Below are positions 10,681-19,187 of a stretch of 64,000 nt of DNA, piece after piece (the first letter of the stretch is position 1; every line of letters begins with the position of its first letter). Made by a program: the position numbers and the translations under genes. The stretch lies in the IMG/VR virus record IMGVR_UViG_3300027804_000050, positions 42,109 to 106,108 of that record, one strand, 5' to 3'. Origin of the DNA: a virus. A model generated the notes under the pieces. The model did no database searches. It was not told the DNA's origin and saw nothing but the letters and a program-made list of their open reading frames with translations.

Positions 10681-12315
10681 ATGGACTCGATGTATATTCA
10701 CGATGAAAAATTAACGCAGAAGTGGGGGCCTGTACTTGAAGGCATTAACAACGACTACGACCGTAGAGTTACAGCCCAACTTCTAGAGAACCAAGCTAAG
10801 GCAATAGTGGAAGATAAACTCCGCGAAGAGCTTTCAACAGGAGCCACCACAACTGGTCACCTAGGAACTTTCGCCAAGTTTGCTTTCCCACTCGTAAGAA
10901 GAGTATTCCCTGAGCTAATTGCCAAGAACTTCGTTGGTGTTCAACCAATGCAAGCTCCAGTAAGCCAAGTTTTCTACCTCGGTCACAGCCGCAAGTATGG
11001 TACTAATGAAGCTCAAACTGTTTACAGCAAGTACAACCTAACCTACCGTGGTTTGACCTCAAACCCAATAGGTTCTGCTTCTGGAACAGATGCTGGTACA
11101 TTCTACACTGGTTCAACCGCAGGAACAGGAACTGGTCTTGATGGTGATGTTGCCGTAACTGGCTTCGACATCTCCAATGTGTTGCAAACTTTAACGGGTG
11201 GACAAATAACTGGTAATGGTGCTCCATCAGGAACCTTTGGTGGTAAGATAGCTGCATTCCCTAATGCTTCTGCAACTTATGCTTGGATCATGAGTGCTGG
11301 AGAGCGTTTAGAGGGAACAGGTATTCCTGAGCTAACCATGCACATTGAACAAGAAGCCGTCATTGCTCGTACTCGCAAGATGCGTGCATTGTGGACTCTT
11401 GAAGCTTCACAAGATCTCAAGGCTTACCATAACCTCGATCTCGAAAGAGAACTAACCGATCTTCTCTCCAAGGAACTTCAACTTGAAATAGACCGCGAAT
11501 TAATTGAAGATCTTCGTATGATTGCTTATGGATTCAATCGTACTGATACAACTGCTAAACTAGGTGGTGCTTCACTCCAAAATATGGATAAGAGTTACCT
11601 AGATTTTGGAACATTTGATGGTCTTGCTAACAAGAGCACTGCTGCTACCGGAACATTTGTTCCCGGACAGTTCACATATGATTTCACTGGACTAGCAGCT
11701 ACCGCCACAGGCAATGAATTTGGTTCACTACCTTCAAACAGAAATGTTTTCATCGTGGACTTCGGTGCCTTTACAGGAACCTTAAATCCCCGTCACCTTG
11801 GAGAAGTTTATGCTAATCTCTTAGCAGTAATCAACTTTGCTGCTCAAGATATCTACAAGACCACAATGCGTGGTCCCGGTAGCTGGCTACTAACTTCGCC
11901 TGTAGTTGCATCACTTCTAGAGAGTGCTGCCAAGCTAGAAGGTGGTATTGCTAGAGAAGATGGTCCAACTAACATCGCTGCAAACTCAATCCAGTTCAGA
12001 GGTAAGTTCATGGGACGCTACGATCTCTATGTAGACCCAATGTTCCCCGATGATGAAATAATGGTTGGTTATAAGGGTTCAAATGCAATGGATGCTGGTT
12101 ACATCTATGCTCCTTACATCCCACTACAACAGCTACCAACTGTCACAGATCCTGAGAGCTTCCAACCAAGAAAGGGTATCCTAACCCGCTATGGTAAGGT
12201 TGCTATCGAGCCTAATACAAGATTCTACCGTATTATTAGAATCGTAGGCCCCTCACTAAACTTCTTAACTTACCCCTTCGTTGCGGTGACTAAGAAGTTT
12301 GGTAGCTCACTCTGA
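10681..12315 (+). CDS. gp23: Major capsid protein (T4 gp23-like)
   Basis: KWGPVLEG, LLENQ, PLVRRVFP, GVQPM, A.TRK.RA.WTLE..QDLKAYH, EIDRE, YAPYIPL and FQPRKGILTRYG motifs. Confidence 0.97.
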   Translation: MDSMYIHDEKLTQKWGPVLEGINNDYDRRVTAQLLENQAKAIVEDKLREELSTGATTTGHLGTFAKFAFPLVRRVFPELIAKNFVGVQPMQAPVSQVFYLGHSRKYGTNEAQTVYSKYNLTYRGLTSNPIGSASGTDAGTFYTGSTAGTGTGLDGDVAVTGFDISNVLQTLTGGQITGNGAPSGTFGGKIAAFPNASATYAWIMSAGERLEGTGIPELTMHIEQEAVIARTRKMRALWTLEASQDLKAYHNLDLERELTDLLSKELQLEIDRELIEDLRMIAYGFNRTDTTAKLGGASLQNMDKSYLDFGTFDGLANKSTAATGTFVPGQFTYDFTGLAATATGNEFGSLPSNRNVFIVDFGAFTGTLNPRHLGEVYANLLAVINFAAQDIYKTTMRGPGSWLLTSPVVASLLESAAKLEGGIAREDGPTNIAANSIQFRGKFMGRYDLYVDPMFPDDEIMVGYKGSNAMDAGYIYAPYIPLQQLPTVTDPESFQPRKGILTRYGKVAIEPNTRFYRIIRIVGPSLNFLTYPFVAVTKKFGSSL

Positions 12316-12330
12316 TCTGACTGATTAATT

Positions 12331-12368
12331 AAAAGAGGCAAGGAAATAAAATTCCTTGCCTCTTTTTT
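12331..12368 (+). terminator. Rho-independent terminator after the capsid gene
   Basis: AAAAGAGGCAAGGAA/TTCCTTGCCTCTTTT stem followed by a T tract. Confidence 0.9.
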
Positions 12369-12394
12369 GTTACCTATATACATTAGGGAGTTTT

Positions 12395-12619
12395 ATGTTC
12401 AAATATAGATCTAGATGTAAATGGAATCAATTATTAAGTATAAATAATAAAATAATAGAAATAAGACCGGGAGAATTTTTTGAATCCTCCCAAGAACTAG
12501 ACTCCCCTTTCTTAGAGTTAGTAGCAGAAAAGAAGATAATATTTGAACCCAAGAAAAAAAAGGTGATAGAAGATGACATTTCCAGTGATAGCCAAGCCAA
12601 GAATAATGGGGTACGGTGA
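12395..12619 (+). CDS. Small hypothetical protein
   Basis: ATG at 12395 with GGGAG RBS. Confidence 0.55.
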   Translation: MFKYRSRCKWNQLLSINNKIIEIRPGEFFESSQELDSPFLELVAEKKIIFEPKKKKVIEDDISSDSQAKNNGVR

Positions 12620-13448
12620 TACTTTTGGAAGCTATGGTGGTAGACTTCTAACAGACACTAAGACTAATGGCGAAATAAAGACTGAAGAATTAAACACTGG
12701 ATTGTTGGAAGACGGTGTTGAGTTCAACAGATTTGAACTATCTATCCGTGATTATATCTTGGCTAGACTTGGTCATCCTGTTGTGCGAGTTGAACTTAGT
12801 CCTTTTCAATTGAAAAGTTCAATTGAAGAATCAATAAACAAATTTTCTTATCATGCACCTTTTTGGAATCGCCAATTTGCGGTTTTTGAAACATCGGCTG
12901 GAATAAACCAGTACATATTACCACCACATATAGCACATAATCTAACTTATGTTGTTTATAGAAAAACACTACTTACACTACAACAAGCAACACATGATTT
13001 AGAATATGATTTCTTTATTAAGTATTTCCAAGATAATTTCATTTATGGTGATTTTAGACTTGGAGATTTTTATCTTCTCCAAACCCACTTGGAACTTGCT
13101 AGAAAAGTTCTAGGTCAAGAAGGTGCATTTGATCTTTTAAATGGGAACATTTTGCAAGTGTATCCAGCACCAATCATAAATGGGGATGAAGTTATTTTAG
13201 AATTCAGAGCTATTGATACAAACACCATTCACCCTGCGTATAGAAATTGGATACAAAAATATGCTCTTGCGATAGCCAAAGGAATCCTTGGTGAAATAAG
13301 AGGTAAGTATTCAAGTCTACCATCCCCCGGTGGAGGTGCTAATTTAAATGGTGCTGCCCTGACTCAAGCAAGCCAAATGGAAAAAAAAGAGTTAGAAGAA
13401 CAACTTCGAAGTGAATTCGAAGAACCCCCAACATTCACAGTATGGTGA
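12573..13448 (+). CDS. gp13: Neck protein (gp13-like)
   Basis: RLGHPVVRVEL, WIQKYALA..K..LG..RGKY, PGGGANLNG motifs. Confidence 0.88.
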   Translation: MTFPVIAKPRIMGYGDTFGSYGGRLLTDTKTNGEIKTEELNTGLLEDGVEFNRFELSIRDYILARLGHPVVRVELSPFQLKSSIEESINKFSYHAPFWNRQFAVFETSAGINQYILPPHIAHNLTYVVYRKTLLTLQQATHDLEYDFFIKYFQDNFIYGDFRLGDFYLLQTHLELARKVLGQEGAFDLLNGNILQVYPAPIINGDEVILEFRAIDTNTIHPAYRNWIQKYALAIAKGILGEIRGKYSSLPSPGGGANLNGAALTQASQMEKKELEEQLRSEFEEPPTFTVW

Positions 13449-13451
13449 TAT

Positions 13452-13997
13452 ATGCCTTTGAAATCTGGATCAAGTAAAAAAGTAGTTAGTGGTAATATAA
13501 AAGAGTTGATGTCTGCTTATAAGAAAAAAGGTAAGATTGGAACTAGTAAGCCTAAAAATAAAAGAGCAGCACAAAAACAATCAGTTGCGATTGCACTTTC
13601 AAAAGCAAGAGAAGCCATTGAATTAGCTGGAAATCTTTTATTAGAAGAACCTCAGTATAAAAAAGGTATGAAGAGATTAGGTCAAAAAGCAGCAGAGGAA
13701 TTTGCTAAGTCTGAAAAAGCCACAGCACAAGGAGAAGGAAGATATCATGCTCAAAAAGCACTTGGTTTTATTAAGGCTGGAAAACGAGCTAAAGCAGCAC
13801 AAGCAAAAACACAAGCAGGCAGACAAGATTCTTCAACCGAGCACATAGGAACTCAATTAATAGAAAAACTTTGTGCCAAAGGAAAGGCTGCTGCAAAACG
13901 CAAGTTTGATGTTTACCCATCTGCTTATGCCAACATGTATGCTTCCGCTGTTTGTTCTGGTAAAGTTACACCCGGAGGAAAAAAAGATAACAAATGA
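13452..13997 (+). CDS. Basic multi-module phage protein, putative internal protein
   Basis: MPLKSGSSKKVVSGNI...Q..AIALS and KAAAKRKFDVYPSAYAN modules, common in uncultured phages. Confidence 0.6.
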   Translation: MPLKSGSSKKVVSGNIKELMSAYKKKGKIGTSKPKNKRAAQKQSVAIALSKAREAIELAGNLLLEEPQYKKGMKRLGQKAAEEFAKSEKATAQGEGRYHAQKALGFIKAGKRAKAAQAKTQAGRQDSSTEHIGTQLIEKLCAKGKAAAKRKFDVYPSAYANMYASAVCSGKVTPGGKKDNK

Positions 13998-14815
13998 ATC
14001 TTAATGAAGATTTAAGAAAATGGGTTGCTGAAAAATGGGTTGACATTGGAGCACCAAAAAAAGGTGGGGGATTCAAACCATGTGGTAGGCAAAAAGGAGA
14101 AAAGCGTAGAGGCTATCCTAAATGTGTTCCTCTAGCTAAAGCTACTTCAATGTCTCAAAAGCAAAGAAGATCAGCAGTAAAAAGAAAAAGAGCTGCCCCT
14201 AACGATGGGCCAAAACCAGATTTTGTTTCAACAGAAGGGAAAAATGAAATGAACGATTCAATTCAATCTTATTTAAATATTTTTGGAACTTTATTATCAG
14301 AAGTTAGTATAACAGGGGCACAATTTGCTACAGGAATTAGGGGAAATCCTTCAAGAAAAAAACTAGGACAAGAAGAAATTATTGTTAGGGGTGTGACGGG
14401 TAATTCTATATCAGTTTCTCCAAATGACCCTAGATATAAACAATTTCAAACTAGACTAGGGAAAGATAAACCCACAACTCTTTATTCTGGAACTAAAATT
14501 CGTTCAGTTAGCAGTAGAGGAGATAAAGTTTCAGAAGGTAAAAGTCCAGCATGGCAAAGAAGCGAAGGTAAGAATCCAGAGGGGGGATTAAATAAAAAAG
14601 GAATAGCATCATATAGAGCAGCTAACCCCGGTTCAAAACTTTCTATGGCAGTTACAACAAAACCTTCTAAGTTGAAAAAAGGATCTAAGGCTGCAAAGAG
14701 AAGAAGATCTTTTTGTGCCAGAATGAGTGGTATGAAGAAAAGATTAACTTCAGCAAAGACGGCAAAAGACCCAAATAGCAGAATAAATAAATCATTGAGA
14801 AAATGGAACTGCTGA
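13994..14815 (+). CDS. Basic multi-module phage protein (DUF5872/DUF6321-like modules)
   Basis: LRKW..EKWVDI...PCGR...YPKCVP module and AWQR.EGKNP.GGLN..G...RR.SFCARM...LRKWNC module. Confidence 0.65.
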   Translation: MNLNEDLRKWVAEKWVDIGAPKKGGGFKPCGRQKGEKRRGYPKCVPLAKATSMSQKQRRSAVKRKRAAPNDGPKPDFVSTEGKNEMNDSIQSYLNIFGTLLSEVSITGAQFATGIRGNPSRKKLGQEEIIVRGVTGNSISVSPNDPRYKQFQTRLGKDKPTTLYSGTKIRSVSSRGDKVSEGKSPAWQRSEGKNPEGGLNKKGIASYRAANPGSKLSMAVTTKPSKLKKGSKAAKRRRSFCARMSGMKKRLTSAKTAKDPNSRINKSLRKWNC

Positions 14816-14818
14816 TAA

Positions 14819-15391
14819 ATGACAAATAAAAAAGAAAATTTTAAAATAACTACAAAACTCCCAGAACTTCCAGACATAGATTCTGAAGGATCGGAGCTAA
14901 GTTTATTTGACCAAAATAATCCAGATTTGAACTTATTCAACTTAGTAGACGATGAACTGATAAAACTCAGTGGTAGTAAAATGTACTTCTATAAATACAA
15001 TCAATCAGTTGATTTTGATCCTGTTTACATGGAATCAAAAAACAAACCAGTATCTAGAATTCCTATTTTAGTTCATGGTCATTATGAACCAGAAGCTTTG
15101 AGTGAGAACCTAACAAATTTCGGTGTAGAACTATCAAGTGATCAAGTTTTTACTTTTAACAAATCTTATATCGAACGCAAGTTAGGCAGATCAGTTATAC
15201 CCGGAGATATTATTAAACCACTATTTCAAAATCAGAAATATCAAGTCTTTCAGGTAGTAGAAGATTCTTTTGAAGCATACGGAGTTTATCATTTGGTTTG
15301 CAATGCTAAACTTCTTAGAGATGCTGAAGGCACTGTCAATACTCCATTAACAAAAGTGGATGATCCTTTGGGAGGGTATAGCCACGAATGA
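14819..15391 (+). CDS. gp14: Neck/head-closure protein (gp14-like)
   Basis: D.VY.E, L..FG.E...D..F.F and PGDII motifs; synteny. Confidence 0.75.
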   Translation: MTNKKENFKITTKLPELPDIDSEGSELSLFDQNNPDLNLFNLVDDELIKLSGSKMYFYKYNQSVDFDPVYMESKNKPVSRIPILVHGHYEPEALSENLTNFGVELSSDQVFTFNKSYIERKLGRSVIPGDIIKPLFQNQKYQVFQVVEDSFEAYGVYHLVCNAKLLRDAEGTVNTPLTKVDDPLGGYSHE

Positions 15392-16134
15392 ATTCTTCAG
15401 CCATAGAAATAGTTCTTAGAAATCAATCTATACTTGGAGAAACTGAAATAGGAACTTTGAGTAGTAGAAGTGATAGTTATTTAACGAGAGAATCTTATAT
15501 TAGGAATGAAATTCTAAGAATAACAAAAAAAGAATCAATCATCTCTGGTATGTACAAAGAGTTGCTTCGAGCAATGATTGATTTCTTTTCTGACATGGTT
15601 TGTATTGATGATGAGAATAAAGTTATCCAAATTAGATGCATCTATGCCAACCCAGAGAGAGCAATAGCAAAGATAAAACAAGAAAATAATATAATTTTAC
15701 CATTAGTATCAGTATCCCAAGACAAATCAAAAGTTGATTTAGCTAGATCCAGATACAAAACCTTGCTAGTGCATGAAACAAAATACGACCCTGTTAAAAA
15801 TAGAGCTATTAGAATTTTAAGTTTAGCTCCAGTTCCAATAGAAATTACTTATAATGTTAATGTTTGGTGTAAATATAAATCAGATTTGGATCAAATCGTA
15901 GAACAGATAAACTTAAAATTTAATCCAGATGCAGATTTATCAATCCCCGGTCATACATTAATTAAGGCTTATCTAGGGGAGGATACTTCGGCCTCTTCTG
16001 ATTTAGAAGCAACTGATAAGGAAGATAGAGTAATTAAAAGAACTTATTCCGTAAATATATCAACTTACTTAAATAATCCTAAGTTTATTATAACATCCAA
16101 TGGAGCTATAGAAAGACTTAATTTAGAATTTTAA
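15388..16134 (+). CDS. gp15: Tail terminator/sheath stabiliser (gp15-like)
   Basis: LPLVSV, PVPIEITYNVNVW, DQIVEQI...FNP motifs. Confidence 0.8.
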   Translation: MNSSAIEIVLRNQSILGETEIGTLSSRSDSYLTRESYIRNEILRITKKESIISGMYKELLRAMIDFFSDMVCIDDENKVIQIRCIYANPERAIAKIKQENNIILPLVSVSQDKSKVDLARSRYKTLLVHETKYDPVKNRAIRILSLAPVPIEITYNVNVWCKYKSDLDQIVEQINLKFNPDADLSIPGHTLIKAYLGEDTSASSDLEATDKEDRVIKRTYSVNISTYLNNPKFIITSNGAIERLNLEF

Positions 16135-16189
16135 AAAAATATTTCTAAAATAGTTCTGAGTCCTAGTACATAAACATGAGAGGTAATAT

Positions 16190-16366
16190 ATGAAATTAGT
16201 TAAAAACACTAGTCTACAAGCTTTCACAATCTATTTTTCAACAGAGAGTGGATGCGATGAAAGATGGTTGAAGCCCGGAGAAGGTGTAGTTGTCCCTGAC
16301 CATTACATCACAGAACAAGTATTAAACTTAGCCAAAAAAAGAATACTCAAAGTAGTTAACGCCTGA
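16190..16366 (+). CDS. 58-aa protein upstream of the sheath gene (not in ORF track)
   Basis: GAGAGG RBS; MKLVKNTSLQAFTIYF...KRILKVVNA. Confidence 0.7.
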   Translation: MKLVKNTSLQAFTIYFSTESGCDERWLKPGEGVVVPDHYITEQVLNLAKKRILKVVNA

Positions 16367-16378
16367 TAGGAGATAATT

Positions 16379-18508
16379 ATGCCAAACTTTGTTAGCCCCG
16401 GTGTTTATGTTATAGAAAAGGACCTTTCAGAGTACACACCATCTCTGAATAGCTCCGTTGTTGGAATCGTAGGATTTGCATCTAAAGGTCCAACAAACGA
16501 AGCTACATTGATCACAAGCCAAAATCAACTCATTGATACCTTTGGTGCTCCTAGCGAAGATATCTTCGGTCAAGGTCTAGAAGGTGCTTTAGAAGTTCTA
16601 GAGACAACCAATTCAATGTATTTTGTCAGAGCCGCTGCAACCTCAGCAGTCGAAGCTTCTGCCGCAGTTACTTTTGGTGCTTGCCCTGCCATTATAGTAT
16701 CAAGTAATCAATTTGGAGTAACTAGTAATCTTTACCTAGATATTCAAGTAAAGAATAATGCTGGTATAGAACAGTTTGCTTCAGCTAAACAATTTAATAT
16801 ACCATCAGGAACTTTAACTGCTGGAGATCCTGATGTTTGCCAAGCAAGAGCATTAAAGAAAATAATTGGGGGTAGTTTAGACGCTGATGTTGTAGGTGTC
16901 TTTGACAATAATTCTACAACAGGATTAGGAGTTTCTGGAGCATTAGTCGGATCTTTCGCTGGTTCTGGGGCTTCTTTAAGTGTAACTGCTTACTCAAACT
17001 CAACAAGAACTACTGGAGTTGCAGCCCTTTTCCCAGTAAACCATGCTGTAGGAACAACAAACTTCGGAGCTTCAGGCACTGGAGTTTCTTCAATTACTGT
17101 TTTTGGAGCAGCCTTTGATGCTTTAACATCTAGCGGACTAACTTATTTCGTAGAAACTCTTTACCCCGGTGCTGGATACAATGCAGGAACCACCGTTGAT
17201 GGTGATACCAGTGGTAATTCTGTAACTGTCAGAGGTCTTGGTGCAGGTAACTTTGCTATAGATATAAATGAAAATGGTGCTGTAGTTGAAAACTTCAAAG
17301 CCTCACTATTTGCTAGCGGAGCATTCCTTGAAGATGTAATTAATACTGGATCCACGAACACCACTTCAAGATATATTCAAGGAAACTTGTATGCTGAAAA
17401 TGGTGATATAGCTAGTGTAACTCCACTTAACAACTTTGCTAGCCAAGCTAGTGCTTTAGTTGGAGCAACCTTCGATCTTCTCAAGGGAACACAACCAAAC
17501 GCAGTTACTGGTGCTAGTTTAATTCAAGCAAGATTCGTTAAGCCTGTTGAAGGAACATATAATTTTGCTGGTGGAGATAACGGTATACCTTCTGATACTA
17601 ACGGCAAAGCCACAGTATTGATTGGGGATGCAGCATCAGAACCCAAGACTGGTATCTATGCTCTAGATGACGATCTTCTCAATATTAGCATTGCACTAAT
17701 CCCCGGTGTCTATAATCAAAGTGTTCAGAATGCCCTTGTAACATTGGCTGAACAAACTCAGAATTTCATCGCTCTGGTTTCTCCTCCTTACGGAATAGGA
17801 ACAGTTCAGGATGCAATTGACTGGTCAAATGGTAAGTCTAGCAGCACTGCTGGATCGCGCACTGCTGCAATCAATAGCTCGTATGCAGCCATCTACTTCC
17901 CACATGTTAAGGTGTTCAGCACCTTTGATGGTAAGGATCGTTGGTATGATCCAACAATCTTCGCTGCAAGACAGATGGCATTTACCGATAGTGTATCTGA
18001 AACTTGGTTTGCTCCCGCTGGATTCGTTCGTGGTAGATTAACCAAGCCAACCGATGTTGAAGTTAAACTCAACCAAGGTGATAGAGATACTATGTATAGC
18101 GGCGGTAATGTTCTCAACCCAGTTGTTAACTTTGCCCAGCAAGGTATAACAATCTTCGGTCAAAGAACTGCCCAAAGAGATCCTTCTGCACTTGACAGAG
18201 TAAACATCAGAAGAATGATGATCTACATCAGAAAGGTAATCCTAGCTTCAACAAGAAGACTAGTGTTTGAACCTAACGACGAGTTTACTTGGGCAAGAGT
18301 TGAAAGCTTGCTAAACCCATTCTTCGCTGACATTGCTCAGAGAAGAGGTATTACACAATTCAAGGTTGTTTGTGACTCCACTACAAACACTCCAATAAGA
18401 ATTGATAGAAATGAAATGTGGTGCAAGGTTTTAATCAAACCAACTAAGACTGCTGAGATTGTGGTCTTTGAACTTAATTTAACAAGTCAATCTGCACAAA
18501 TAGGTTGA
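16379..18508 (+). CDS. gp18: Contractile tail sheath protein (gp18-like)
   Basis: FVSPGVYVIEKDLS, GFASKGP, WFAPAG..RG, FGQRT, LDRVNIRR, VFEPND motifs. Confidence 0.97.
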   Translation: MPNFVSPGVYVIEKDLSEYTPSLNSSVVGIVGFASKGPTNEATLITSQNQLIDTFGAPSEDIFGQGLEGALEVLETTNSMYFVRAAATSAVEASAAVTFGACPAIIVSSNQFGVTSNLYLDIQVKNNAGIEQFASAKQFNIPSGTLTAGDPDVCQARALKKIIGGSLDADVVGVFDNNSTTGLGVSGALVGSFAGSGASLSVTAYSNSTRTTGVAALFPVNHAVGTTNFGASGTGVSSITVFGAAFDALTSSGLTYFVETLYPGAGYNAGTTVDGDTSGNSVTVRGLGAGNFAIDINENGAVVENFKASLFASGAFLEDVINTGSTNTTSRYIQGNLYAENGDIASVTPLNNFASQASALVGATFDLLKGTQPNAVTGASLIQARFVKPVEGTYNFAGGDNGIPSDTNGKATVLIGDAASEPKTGIYALDDDLLNISIALIPGVYNQSVQNALVTLAEQTQNFIALVSPPYGIGTVQDAIDWSNGKSSSTAGSRTAAINSSYAAIYFPHVKVFSTFDGKDRWYDPTIFAARQMAFTDSVSETWFAPAGFVRGRLTKPTDVEVKLNQGDRDTMYSGGNVLNPVVNFAQQGITIFGQRTAQRDPSALDRVNIRRMMIYIRKVILASTRRLVFEPNDEFTWARVESLLNPFFADIAQRRGITQFKVVCDSTTNTPIRIDRNEMWCKVLIKPTKTAEIVVFELNLTSQSAQIG

Positions 18509-18520
18509 TAAGGAGAAACT

Positions 18521-19111
18521 ATGGCAACATACAGTGAATATCGTGGTTCGATAGCTTCGACAAGCCCAACACCACTTAAAATCTCAACTTCCTTAGATGC
18601 TATAAGAAGCTATCAATTTGAAGTTGATTTCAGAAACATCCCTGCCTTGGGGGATTACAAAGAAGGCGATTTACAAATAGGTGTAAATAAGGTAACTTCC
18701 TTTGGTCCCAAGATTGAACCTATCGAAATTAATAGAGTGAATGATATTGTAAAATATCCCGGTAAGATGAAATTCGAACCAATCACAATAACTTTCGATA
18801 ATCAGTTACTACTCCCACAATATGCTCACCTTTGGGAGTATATCAAGGCTGTATATAATCCTCTAACTGGAACATATCATAATCCAGCCTCAGGAGCTAG
18901 AAACATTGCTACAATCAAAGCTTCTAGAATAATTGTTCGTCAACTAAGCGGACAGAATACCCCAATATCGGAAACAACTTTCTGGGGCGTATTCCCTATG
19001 GAATATGCAATATCAGAAATGAAGTATTCTGAATCGACTAGTGTTAACACCATTGATGTTAAGTTCTCCTTCGACACAATGGATATTAGAACTGTTGGAA
19101 AGGCTCCCTGA
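18521..19111 (+). CDS. gp19: Tail tube protein (gp19-like)
   Basis: Follows the sheath gene; KYPGKMKFEPITITFD and FWGVFP motifs. Confidence 0.85.
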   Translation: MATYSEYRGSIASTSPTPLKISTSLDAIRSYQFEVDFRNIPALGDYKEGDLQIGVNKVTSFGPKIEPIEINRVNDIVKYPGKMKFEPITITFDNQLLLPQYAHLWEYIKAVYNPLTGTYHNPASGARNIATIKASRIIVRQLSGQNTPISETTFWGVFPMEYAISEMKYSESTSVNTIDVKFSFDTMDIRTVGKAP

Positions 19112-19133
19112 TTTAAGTTTAGATTAATAATAG

Positions 19134-19167
19134 ATACCCAATCTAAGAATCTTAGATTGGGTATTTT
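19134..19167 (+). terminator. Terminator after the tube gene
   Basis: ATACCCAATCTAAG/CTTAGATTGGGTAT stem followed by TTT. Confidence 0.85.
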
Positions 19168-19187
19168 CCTTAGAGCTATAATAGTAT

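Noticed and set aside
1079-18117. Short minus-strand ORFs within structural genes
   Set aside because: Antisense shadows with no RBS, promoter or recognisable motifs.
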